Shown here piece after piece: positions 37,501-45,016 of a DNA stretch of 63,785 nt. The stretch spans positions 1 to 63,785 of the IMG/VR virus record IMGVR_UViG_3300046318_000369; one strand, 5' to 3'. How positions within the stretch are numbered: position 1 is the first letter of the stretch; each line of letters starts with the position of its first letter. The translations under genes were made by a program, and so were the position numbers. The notes beneath the pieces are model-generated. The model was given only the letters and a program-made list of their open reading frames with translations. It was not told the origin of the DNA and ran no database searches. The stretch comes from a virus. Lineage: Duplodnaviria; Caudoviricetes.

Positions 37501-39310
37501 TCTATAATGTTACTACTGGTGCCTTAGTTCATACACTAAACAATCCTAATGCTTATAGCACCGGGCTAAATGATAATTTTGGTTTCTCAGTAGGAATATC
37601 GGGCAATTATGCTATTGTTGGTGCATTTAATGAAGATGATGCAAGTGGTACTACATCAGGAAAAGTATACATCTACAATGTTACTACAGGTGCATTACTT
37701 TGGACACTAAACAATCCAACTGCTTATAGTACAGGTGCTGATGATAATTTTGGTTACTCAGTAGCAATATCAGGTAATTATGCTATTGTTGGAGCAGGGT
37801 ACGAAGATGATGAAAGTGGAACTACATCAGGAAAAGTATACATCTACAATGTTACTACAGGTGCATTACTATATACTTTAAATAATCCCAATGCATATGG
37901 TACAGGTGCTGGTGATTATTTCGGTCAGCCTCTAGCAATATCAGGTAACTATGTTATCGTTAGTGCATATAATGAAGATGATATTAGTGGTATTGGTTTA
38001 GGAAAAGCATACATCTTTAACGTAAATAAAAATTACACATACAATAATCCCATTGTAATTGGTGGATACGAAAAGTTAGTAGATGCTAATATATATCAGA
38101 CTTCATATGCCCCTTACGTAAATCCACTGAAGTTTGTGTTGGGTAATCCTAATGCTTACAGTACAGGTGCTAGTGACGGTTTTGGACAATCGGTGGCAAT
38201 ATCTGGTAACTATGCTATTGTTGGTGCAGGGTACGAAGATGATGCAAGTGGTGCTAGCTCAGGCAAAGCATACATCTACAATGTTACTACCGGCGCATTA
38301 CTTTGGACACTAAACAATCCTAATGATTATAGCACTGGTTCATATGATTATTTTGGATCTTCAGTTGGAATATCTAGCAACTATGCTATTGTAGGCGCAT
38401 GGGGCGAAGATGATCCAGGTGGTGTAGATTCAGGTAAAGCATACATCTACAATGTTACTACCGGTCAATTAATATGGACACTAACTAATCCTAATGCTTA
38501 TAGTACTAGTGCAGATGATGAGTTCGGGGCTTCGGTAGCAATATCAGGTAACTATGCTATCGTTGGTGCAGGTTACGAAGATGACATAACTGGTACAGTT
38601 TCAGGTAAAGCATACATCTATAATGTTGCTACCGGTGCAATAGTCTGGATATTGGACAACCCTAATGCATACGGAACCGGTTTAAATGATATTTTTGGTA
38701 TATCGGTAGCAATATCTGGTAATTATGCAATGGTTAGTGCAGCATACGAAGACACCGCCACTGGGCTCGAATCAGGAAAAGTATACATTTATAATGTCAC
38801 TACAGGGGCACTGCTCTTTACACTGAACAATCCTAATGCATATGGTACTACAGAGTTTGATTATTTCGGCTCTTCTATTGCAATATCGGGCAATTATGCA
38901 ATTGTTGGTGCATATCAAGAAGACGACGCAACAGGTTCCAGTTCGGGAAAAGCATACATCTATAACGTAACAAACGGCCTCCTTATGCAAACACTACATA
39001 ATCCTAATACTTTTAGTACAGGTGAGTATGATAATTTTGGTATTTCGGTAGCAATATCTGGTAATTACGCAATTGTATCTGCAGATGAAGAAGATAGCGC
39101 CGGTCCTGTTTATAATACAGGAAAAGTATACATCTACAATGTTACTACAGGTGAATTACTATATACTTTAAATAATCCCAATGCATATGGTACAGGTGCT
39201 GATGATTATTTTGGAACGGTAGCAATATCAGATAACTACGTTATCGTCGGTGTAGCCAACGAGGATGATGCAAGTGGAACATCTTCTGGTAAAGCCTACA
39301 TATATGATAT
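27770..39310 (+). repeat. Array of 63 coding repeats of ~171 bp across three genes
   Basis: Recurring DNA cores AATCCTAATGCTTATAGTAC, GCAATATCAGGTAACTATGCTATTGTTGGTGC and GGTAAAGCATACAT. Confidence 0.95.
31572..35480 (+). CDS. FG-GAP-repeat beta-propeller protein 2 (21 blades, 14+7)
   Basis: 21 copies of the same repeat; long linker only after blade 14; MAIQINGTTVI N-terminus. Confidence 0.9.
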   Translation: MAIQINGTTVINNNRRALAINNIQFADGTVQSTANLDAAKLGENVGTAGALIFTLNNPGTNVILNSNNDYFGDPVAIDGNYAIVGAPEEDDASGDSSGKAYIFDITTGALIRTLNNPNAYDTASGDLFGNSVAISGNYAIVGAQYEDIVGGTSSGKVYVFNVTTGQLLWTLNNPNAYSTSSGDRFGNSVAVSGNYAIVGAYFESDASGATSGKAYIFNVTTGQLAWILDNPNLYGTSANDQFGNSVSISGNYAIVGASSEDDASGLGSGKAYIFDVTTGQLLWTLDNPNAYSTSALDYFGFSVAVSGNYAIVGAYQEGDTGGAYSGKAYIYNVTTGTLLFTLNNPSAYSTGADDNFGESVSISDNYAIVGASFESDAGGFSSGKAYIFDVTTGQLLWTLNNPNAYSTSANDRFGNRVAISGDYAIVGVWGEGDTSGNRSGKVYTFSASSGVYLKTIDNPNVYGATIYDRFGNSVSISGNYAIVGAWTESDATGFNSGKAYIFNVTTGQLLWTLDNPNAYSTGANDNFGQSVAISGNYAIVSAPGEAEAGGGITSGKAYIYNVTNGAVLWTLNNPNAYSTSLNDNFGWAVAISGNYAIVNAWGEDDAGGTYSGKAYIYNVTTGQLVWTLNNPNAYSTSLNDYFGYSVAVSGNYAIVGAHEEDDARGTSSGKAYIYNVTTGQLVWTLNNPNIYGTGISDRFGFSVAVSGNYAIVGAYQEDEGQTVSQSGKAYIYNVTNGALLWTLNNPNAYSTGLNDEFGSRVAISGNYAIVSAYNEDDASGTSSGKAYIYNVTTGALIRTLNNPSAYSTGNGDQFGNSVAVSGNYAIVGVQTEDDVGGVDSGKAYIFQISQAVDSAYVEEINFSSGASLNLLTHKAFQVAHPAGGLVWTLDNPNAYSTSFNDQFGYSSAISGNYAIVGAFQEVAPYGLDFLYDSGTAYIYNVATGQLLHTLINPNPLIPNIYDTDYFGYSVAISGNYAIVGAYTEYNAAGSTNSGKAYIFNVTTGQLLWTLDNPNAYSTSAGDQFGYSVAISGNYAIVGAWQEDDASGTSSGKAYIFNVTTGALLWTLTNPNAYSTSANDGFGASVAISGNYAIVSASYEDDVRGFSSGKAYIFNVTTGALVWTLNNPNAYSSGGYDGFGVSVAISGNYAIVGSFEDDASGQNSGKAYIFNVTTGQLVWTLNNPNAYGTGNGDQFGTVVAISGNYAIVGAYYEDDAGGTESGKAYIFDITTGQLICTLDNPNAYDFAGSDVFGWSVAISGNYAIVGAYQEDDASGSGSGKSYIFSITDQTYLDKILTVSQSIF

Positions 39311-39401
39311 ACGACAAAATTCGCCGACACGCAGGTTGAGTGTCGAGGATAAATTAATTAGTCTATTTGCGCAAGATCCTCGCAAGACTATTTCTTTCTA
39401 A
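35490..39401 (+). CDS. FG-GAP-repeat beta-propeller protein 3 (21 blades, 14+7)
   Basis: 21 copies of the same repeat; long linker only after blade 14; MAIKVNG N-terminus. Confidence 0.9.
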   Translation: MAIKVNGYNAIDDSRNMYLRSIQFADGTTQTSDVIASSNITTTPGGSLLQTINYPQFLSQLSSNGDRFGVSVAVSGNYAIVGAYREDDADGNDSGKAYIFNVTTGALVWTLNNPSAYSTGFDDEFGYSVAISGNYAIVSAINESDAGGYSSGKVYIYNVTTGALLYTLNNPNAYSTSRNDYFGYSVAISGNYAIVGANWEGDAGGAYSGKAYIFDVTTGLLLWTLDNPNAYGTSAGDGFGDSVAVSGNYAIVGASYEADVGGNSSGKAYIFNVTTGALVWTLDNPNAYSTSENDRFGWAVAISGNYAAVGAINESDTSGIYSGKAYIYNVTTGALLFTLNDPNAYSTSTGDRFGYSVAISGNYAIVGAPEEADVNGIGSGKAYIYNVTTGALLFTLNNPNAYGTSSYDYFGNSVAVSGNYAIIGAYQEADASGSQSGKAYIYNVTTGVRYLTIDNPNKFNANGASSYHGRSVAISGNYAIVGAHGEDDISSPDSGKAYIYNVTTGELVWALDNPNAYSTITNDNFGLSVAISGNYAAVGAINEDDASGISSGKAYIFNVTTGQLVCTLNNPNAYSTSVFDSFSNSLAISGNYAIVTAWGEDQASTGSGSGKAYIFNVTTGQLIWTLNNPNAYSTSQDDNFGTSVAISGNYAILGANNEDAADGLQSGKAYIYNVTTGALVHTLNNPNAYSTGLNDNFGFSVGISGNYAIVGAFNEDDASGTTSGKVYIYNVTTGALLWTLNNPTAYSTGADDNFGYSVAISGNYAIVGAGYEDDESGTTSGKVYIYNVTTGALLYTLNNPNAYGTGAGDYFGQPLAISGNYVIVSAYNEDDISGIGLGKAYIFNVNKNYTYNNPIVIGGYEKLVDANIYQTSYAPYVNPLKFVLGNPNAYSTGASDGFGQSVAISGNYAIVGAGYEDDASGASSGKAYIYNVTTGALLWTLNNPNDYSTGSYDYFGSSVGISSNYAIVGAWGEDDPGGVDSGKAYIYNVTTGQLIWTLTNPNAYSTSADDEFGASVAISGNYAIVGAGYEDDITGTVSGKAYIYNVATGAIVWILDNPNAYGTGLNDIFGISVAISGNYAMVSAAYEDTATGLESGKVYIYNVTTGALLFTLNNPNAYGTTEFDYFGSSIAISGNYAIVGAYQEDDATGSSSGKAYIYNVTNGLLMQTLHNPNTFSTGEYDNFGISVAISGNYAIVSADEEDSAGPVYNTGKVYIYNVTTGELLYTLNNPNAYGTGADDYFGTVAISDNYVIVGVANEDDASGTSSGKAYIYDIRQNSPTRRLSVEDKLISLFAQDPRKTISF

Positions 39402-39415
39402 CATAGGAGTTAAAA

Positions 39416-39643
39416 ATGGCATTAATTACAGAACAAATTTTAAGTGAAACAGATACTCAATTGACAATCAAGTTTTCTAACAAAACTGGTCGTTCGTTGA
39501 CAAAGATAATTAATAAAGTAGATGGAATGACAAACGAAGACATGCTAAGACGTTGGCACCGTCGTATGACCCTTGAATATTTACAACGTCCATTTAAGTT
39601 CAAAGTAGATAACACCATAGACACTAGTACCATCGACGTATAA
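39416..39643 (+). CDS. Hypothetical protein
   Basis: 75 aa, AGGAG RBS, directly follows the propeller genes. Confidence 0.7.
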   Translation: MALITEQILSETDTQLTIKFSNKTGRSLTKIINKVDGMTNEDMLRRWHRRMTLEYLQRPFKFKVDNTIDTSTIDV

Positions 39644-39655
39644 GTAAGGTACTAG
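39624..39655 (+). promoter_or_regulatory. 8-bp inverted repeat enclosing a variant late promoter TATAAGTA (39639-39646) and overlapping the RBS
   Basis: CTAGTACC (39624-39631) / GGTACTAG (39648-39655); ATG at 39659. Confidence 0.6.
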
Positions 39656-39658
39656 ATT

Positions 39659-40612
39659 ATGGGAATTGTTTATGACCCTGTAAGTGTAAATGCAGCAAGT
39701 GGTACAGAACTAATGATGAGAGGATTAGAGAAAAGACTTGATTTGTCCTTCTCTAATCACTTCTCCATTGGTCGAGCTATCATGTTGTTTCCAAAAGACA
39801 ATAAGACAAAAATCTATTGGACACACAATCTTCCAGGACAGATGAATATATCTGAAGTGTCGGAGAGTGCTGCATTACATGTATCAAATCGTTGGAAGTT
39901 TGTTGACAAGATTGTTTATGTTTCAGAATGGCAAAAGCAATTTTATCAACGTCACTATCAATTTAACGAAGCTGACCAATCAAGGTTCAAGGTATTGCGT
40001 AATGCAATAACACCAATACCACAACACACCAAGCCAACAGATAAGATTCGGTTAATCTATATGTCTGTTCCTGAACGCGGTCTGTTTTTGTTATTAAATG
40101 CATTTGATAAGATTGCACCGAAATATCCAAACGTCGAATTGGAAGTATTTTCCTCATACAAGATTTATGGTATACCGGGGAGAGATCATGATTTTAGGAA
40201 TCTGTTTGCAAGAATGCAGTCAAATCCTCAAATCAAATATAATGGCACTGTAAGCAATCAAGAAATTCACAACGCTCTTCAACGCGCTCATATATTTGCT
40301 TACCCATCAACGTTTATGGAAACATCTTGTATTGCGTTAGTTGAAGCAATGAGTGCAGGTTGTTTGTGTGTGCATTCTAACATTGCTGCTCTTCCTGAAA
40401 CTGCCAAAGGTTTCACAAATATGTATGATTATTCAAACAATCGTGCTATGCACGAAGTAATGTTTGAGAAAAAACTTGAAGAAGCAATCCTTCAGGTACA
40501 ATCTGGAAATACAGGGCATCTAAATAAACAAAAAGAATATACAGACGCAAACTATTCTTGGGATACCCGTATACAAGAATGGAATGATTATTTAATAAGT
40601 AATGCAAAATGA
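39659..40612 (+). CDS. Glycosyltransferase, GT4-like (GT-B fold)
   Basis: SGTE, VYVSEWQK, PERGL, and AYPSTFMETSCIALVEAMSAG (E-x7-E motif). Confidence 0.9.
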   Translation: MGIVYDPVSVNAASGTELMMRGLEKRLDLSFSNHFSIGRAIMLFPKDNKTKIYWTHNLPGQMNISEVSESAALHVSNRWKFVDKIVYVSEWQKQFYQRHYQFNEADQSRFKVLRNAITPIPQHTKPTDKIRLIYMSVPERGLFLLLNAFDKIAPKYPNVELEVFSSYKIYGIPGRDHDFRNLFARMQSNPQIKYNGTVSNQEIHNALQRAHIFAYPSTFMETSCIALVEAMSAGCLCVHSNIAALPETAKGFTNMYDYSNNRAMHEVMFEKKLEEAILQVQSGNTGHLNKQKEYTDANYSWDTRIQEWNDYLISNAK

Positions 40613-41274
40613 TACAAAGTTTGGTTAATGTACATAGAGCAGATCTTCTTCCGAAAAGTCATGTTAATTATATAAATTCCATTAAAGACATAAATCCTTC
40701 TGTCATATACGATATCGGGTCATGTGTGTTACATTGGCACAGAAAGGCAAAACTTGTTTGGCCACACGCAAGATTCATTTGTTTCGATGCACTAACCGAA
40801 CTTAGCTTTCTGTATAATGGAATCGAATTTGAAAATTGTATATTGTCTGATCGAGATGGTAAAGAAGTAGGATTTTATTATAGTCTCGAGTATCCAGGAG
40901 GATGTTCTTACTATCAGGAAAATGAAAAAATCAATAGCAAAGCTTCCGCAATATATACAGAATCTCATAAAAGGATGCTGAAGACTGTAACGCTGGATAC
41001 AATAGTGCAATCAAAGAACTATCCATTACCTGATTTGATTAAGATGGACATTCAGGGCGCCGAGTTAGATGTTATAAAAGGTGCCCCTATTTGTATCAAT
41101 CATGTAAGGGACATAATTTTAGAACTTCAAGTGGTTGATTATAACAAAGGAGCACCAAAGGCACCTGAAGTAATTGAATACATGAAATCGATTGGGTTTG
41201 TTTGTGTTGCAAAACAGTTCAGCAAGAACTACGCAGACTCGGATTATCATTTTAAGAATGAAAGATTATTATGA
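40609..41274 (+). CDS. FkbM-family methyltransferase
   Basis: IYDIGS, TVTLDTI, PDLIKMDIQGAELDVIKG. Confidence 0.88.
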   Translation: MIQSLVNVHRADLLPKSHVNYINSIKDINPSVIYDIGSCVLHWHRKAKLVWPHARFICFDALTELSFLYNGIEFENCILSDRDGKEVGFYYSLEYPGGCSYYQENEKINSKASAIYTESHKRMLKTVTLDTIVQSKNYPLPDLIKMDIQGAELDVIKGAPICINHVRDIILELQVVDYNKGAPKAPEVIEYMKSIGFVCVAKQFSKNYADSDYHFKNERLL

Positions 41275-41894
41275 AATTTTTGGAGATTGCAGGAAATTAT
41301 AAGAGAAACGCTAGCTGGGATGTTATTCGTGATATGCGAGTTCGGGGCGGTATTGTTTATGACATGACCAACCTTCCAATTCCTGGAATTGACAATGATA
41401 CATATGATGGAACATACAGCGAACACTTCCTTGAGCATCTAACTAAAGATCAGGGAATTGCGTTCTTGAAAGAGATGCATAGAGTAATGAAGCCTGGGGC
41501 AACGATCAGGACTATTTGGCCATCAATGAATTTCGTTGATATGTTGAATAGCGATCAAGATCATAATGGACATCCGTTTGTTGTAATGTACAACCAGTAC
41601 ATTATCGATAGAGAAAATCCATTTAATAATCCATATTATAGACAGTTCTTTAGTATTCAGGAAGTTACTAATATGAGTAAACAAAAGAAAGCTGCATTGC
41701 GATTACTTCATCAAGAAGGCGAACACAAGCATCTTTGGTATACTCAAGAATTAATTGACTGTATGTGCGATTTAGGTTTTAAAGATGTTAAGGAACATCC
41801 GTATCGTCGAAGTAGATTAGTTGAATTTAATAATCTAGATAGAGATGATCCAATGAGGACTTTGCATTCAACAGTAGTTGAAGCAACAAAATGA
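41271..41894 (+). CDS. Class I SAM-dependent methyltransferase-like protein
   Basis: YSEHFLEHL...LKEMHRVMKPGATIR motif. Confidence 0.8.
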   Translation: MKFLEIAGNYKRNASWDVIRDMRVRGGIVYDMTNLPIPGIDNDTYDGTYSEHFLEHLTKDQGIAFLKEMHRVMKPGATIRTIWPSMNFVDMLNSDQDHNGHPFVVMYNQYIIDRENPFNNPYYRQFFSIQEVTNMSKQKKAALRLLHQEGEHKHLWYTQELIDCMCDLGFKDVKEHPYRRSRLVEFNNLDRDDPMRTLHSTVVEATK

Positions 41895-41907
41895 ATTAAG
41901 GTGTATT

Positions 41908-42609
41908 ATGAAAGTTGATCGCGCATTGATTATTAGAAGAGTTCGGGTTCAAGAGTCAATTGAATATGCGAATATGTGTGCAGCAGGTTGCAAGAAGCAC
42001 GGCGTTCCTTATGAATTCATTGATGGAATTGAGTTTATGACTTCTGAAGATGCAATGAAAACAGTAGGTGTATGGTTACATCCTAATAATGTAAAAAAAC
42101 GAGTATCTGTTGGAAATAACAATTGCCACGCATCTCATATTAAAGCATGGAGACGTATCGTTGAATTAAATAAAGCATGTGTTATATTTGAACATGATAT
42201 GATTGTCAAAGGAAATATTTGCAATGTTGATATTATTGATATGGCAATAAATGTGTTCGGTCTTAGGATCGGTAATTCTGATATGTATGACCCAGTTGGA
42301 CCAATAAAAGAAATGGTTTCCATTCCTGTATCAACAGGCGGCCATGCCTATGCGCTAACACCGACTACAGCACAATGGTTTATAGAGGATGCAGAAAAGA
42401 ATGGTGTTGATATTAATGTTGATCAATTGATTAACACATCTTGCGGATTACCGTTGTATTTGAGCGATCCTCCGCAAGCAGTTTGTTGGCCAAGAATGTC
42501 AACAAGAGAATGGCAAAAAGAAGGACATAAACATATGACACCTGGATCTAATACAATTGACATTAGGTCTACGACGCAAAACTACATTAACGGATTCAAA
42601 TCACTATGA
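41908..42609 (+). CDS. GT25-like glycosyltransferase, paralogue A
   Basis: CHASHIKAW...IFEHD...GHAYALTP. Start moved to ATG 41908, which has an AAGGTG RBS and aligns with paralogue B. Confidence 0.7.
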   Translation: MKVDRALIIRRVRVQESIEYANMCAAGCKKHGVPYEFIDGIEFMTSEDAMKTVGVWLHPNNVKKRVSVGNNNCHASHIKAWRRIVELNKACVIFEHDMIVKGNICNVDIIDMAINVFGLRIGNSDMYDPVGPIKEMVSIPVSTGGHAYALTPTTAQWFIEDAEKNGVDINVDQLINTSCGLPLYLSDPPQAVCWPRMSTREWQKEGHKHMTPGSNTIDIRSTTQNYINGFKSL

Positions 42610-43307
42610 GTAAAATTGATAGAGCTTTAATTATTCGTCGCTTAAAAGTCGACTTATCTATGGAATATGCACAAATATGTGCAGAGTCATGCGAGAGGCA
42701 CGGCGTTCCTTATGAATTCATTGACGGTATTGAGTTTATGAGTAGTGACGATGCATTTAAAGCAGTCGGAACCTGGAAACGTCCTGAATACATTGGTATG
42801 CCCGGTCATAATAATTGTCATGCATCGCACATCAAATCTTGGCGTAGAATTGTAGAAATTGGAAAACCATGTTTGATACTGGAACATGACGCTATTGTTA
42901 AGGGCGACGTAAGAAACATTGACATTCCTGATATGGCAGTGATTACATTCGGTCATAGAGTCGGGTTACCACAGATGTACGAACCAATTGGACCTATTAA
43001 ATCTCTTGTAAGAATACCGAGGGCAATGGGTGTTCATGCGTGTGGGTTGTCTCCTGCTACTGCTCAATGGTTAATCAGCGATGTTGAAAAGAATGGTGTT
43101 GGTAACAACGTTGACGAATGGTTGATTATGAAGACAGATTCTGGATTACCATTATATGTCACTGAGCCTCCTCAGGTAATATGTTGGCCGAGAGTTAGTA
43201 CTCGAGAATGGACAGACGAAAATAAACGAAGGCAAGAAATGGGTGCAACCTGGACATTTGCCGATGCGTGTACTCCTGGCTGGACAGCAGGATTTAATGT
43301 AATATGA
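42606..43307 (+). CDS. GT25-like glycosyltransferase, paralogue B
   Basis: CHASHIKSW...ILEHD...VHACGLSP; colinear with the upstream gene. Confidence 0.7.
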   Translation: MSKIDRALIIRRLKVDLSMEYAQICAESCERHGVPYEFIDGIEFMSSDDAFKAVGTWKRPEYIGMPGHNNCHASHIKSWRRIVEIGKPCLILEHDAIVKGDVRNIDIPDMAVITFGHRVGLPQMYEPIGPIKSLVRIPRAMGVHACGLSPATAQWLISDVEKNGVGNNVDEWLIMKTDSGLPLYVTEPPQVICWPRVSTREWTDENKRRQEMGATWTFADACTPGWTAGFNVI

Positions 43308-43620
43308 ACATCTGAGATTTTAACATTTAGATAATATACAATCGATACATTGTGCACATATGATATATATTCGTAGGTGCAGCGTGTCTTTATGAATATA
43401 TAAAGGTTAAATATATTACAAAGTCTTATATGATTAGGATGACATTTCCTGAACTTCCTATGATATGAAACATTGGTATAACTAAAAAGAAATAATTATG
43501 GTATAATATCAGAATTAATTGCTTTAGTAATCTAACTTATCATTTTAAAAGACGAATAGATGTAATTAAATAATATAAACAACTAAATCAGATTATAGAC
43601 ATGTTGTCTCGTTTGATTAG

Positions 43621-43626
43621 TAAATA
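43621..43626 (+). promoter_or_regulatory. Late promoter core TAAATA
   Basis: TAAATA 21 nt before ATG 43648. Confidence 0.65.
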
Positions 43627-43647
43627 AGGAGCTCGCTAGAGAAACGT

Positions 43648-43893
43648 ATGGCAATATTACCAGCAACAGGATCAGCAATTTCGATGGGAAAAGTTCATCG
43701 AGCATATACAAATATTGTGCCAGGTACAGTAGGTAATGCTAACCTTACAGGAACCGGCGGCGGACAGAATATTAAATTAAGTGCAATTTTAGGTACAGGA
43801 TCTGCATTTGGAGCTCAAGCAGCTCCCGCTGGCACACTAATTAGATTTTCATTTACGTTCGGTGGCGACACAACTCCTTATGGATACTTATAA
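43648..43893 (+). CDS. Small Gly-rich protein, probably virion-associated
   Basis: 81 aa, MAILPATGSAISM N-terminus; TAATG coupling to next gene. Confidence 0.65.
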   Translation: MAILPATGSAISMGKVHRAYTNIVPGTVGNANLTGTGGGQNIKLSAILGTGSAFGAQAAPAGTLIRFSFTFGGDTTPYGYL

Positions 43894-44363
43894 TGAATAC
43901 AACACAAATAGATAAATTATTAGAGAAAATAAAAATTAGCCCAAGCAAGTGGGAATTGGATAACATTATATATTTTGACAGGACTACTAATCCTAAGACA
44001 TTATTTAATTTCCTTCAACGAATTAAATTTTTACAAGAATATTCATCTGCATCATTAGCTGAACAGCAAGAATTAAGCCATTTAATAGAACTATTAGATG
44101 AGATTGATGATTACGACATAGAAGATATAGTGGATCAATCAGACGACGATGCAAAAGATGTGTTTCTTGAAAATTTAGCAAGAATTAGTGCAATTGAAGT
44201 GCTAACTAATAAACAAATATCTTTTGATACAATGACTACGGCTTGCAAATTGAGCCCTACTGACTTTATAATATGTGCTAAACGTACTCAAGATTTAATT
44301 AATTCTATTAGAGGGTTGGTAATCAAGGGTGAAACACTTAGTCAAGATGTAGCAGGCGCATGA
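43893..44363 (+). CDS. Hypothetical protein
   Basis: 156 aa, translationally coupled on both sides. Confidence 0.75.
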   Translation: MNTTQIDKLLEKIKISPSKWELDNIIYFDRTTNPKTLFNFLQRIKFLQEYSSASLAEQQELSHLIELLDEIDDYDIEDIVDQSDDDAKDVFLENLARISAIEVLTNKQISFDTMTTACKLSPTDFIICAKRTQDLINSIRGLVIKGETLSQDVAGA

Positions 44364-45016
44364 AAAATAAATCAGTATTTTCTTCAAGTAAATGGTCAAA
44401 AAAAATTAATAAACTGGCAGTGTGTATTCCTACTAGGGACACACTGCATTCTGCACATGCGTTAAGTTTAGCAGAATTGGTAAAATTTAATACCATGAAT
44501 GATTTAGATACTCATGTATTCATGGATGCTAGTACAATTTTATTGACACAACGTGAGAGATTAGCTACCATGGCTGTTGAATTAGAATCTGATTATATAC
44601 TATGGTTAGATAGTGATATTGTGTTTCCTGCAACGACAGCATTAAGATTACTATCTCATAATGAACCTGTAGTTGCTGCAAATTATGTAAGGCGACAATT
44701 TCCTGCCAAGGGAATTGCCTATAAAAAAATTGGTAGTTGGGAAGACCCATTACCTTTTGATGTACAAAATAATTTGGTAACAGTCGAGGGTATGGGTATG
44801 GGATGTATGTTGATAAAAACTAGTATTTTTCGAGAATTAGAAAAACCTTGGTTTAATTTTCAATGGACTCCTGAATCAAACGATTTCCTTGGTGAAGATA
44901 TGTATCTATGCAAGAAAATTTCAGAAGCTGGATATAGTATTAAAGTAGATACTGCGTTGAGTCAGGAACTACGGCATTTAGGAACATACGGGTTTGGTCC
45001 CCGAGATCTAAAGTAA
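44360..45016 (+). CDS. GT-A fold (GT2-like) glycosyltransferase
   Basis: AVCIPTRD, ILWLDSD (DxD), GMGCMLIK, GEDMYLC, LRHLG. Confidence 0.85.
   Translation: MKNKSVFSSSKWSKKINKLAVCIPTRDTLHSAHALSLAELVKFNTMNDLDTHVFMDASTILLTQRERLATMAVELESDYILWLDSDIVFPATTALRLLSHNEPVVAANYVRRQFPAKGIAYKKIGSWEDPLPFDVQNNLVTVEGMGMGCMLIKTSIFRELEKPWFNFQWTPESNDFLGEDMYLCKKISEAGYSIKVDTALSQELRHLGTYGFGPRDLK

Noticed and set aside
27770-39310. Possible CRISPR array or non-coding tandem repeat
   Set aside because: Units are ~171 bp, in frame and protein-coding, vary at synonymous sites, and have no repeat-spacer structure or cas genes.
27627-39401. Diversity-generating retroelement as the source of loop variability
   Set aside because: No reverse transcriptase or non-coding template repeat in the window, and differences between units are not restricted to adenines.
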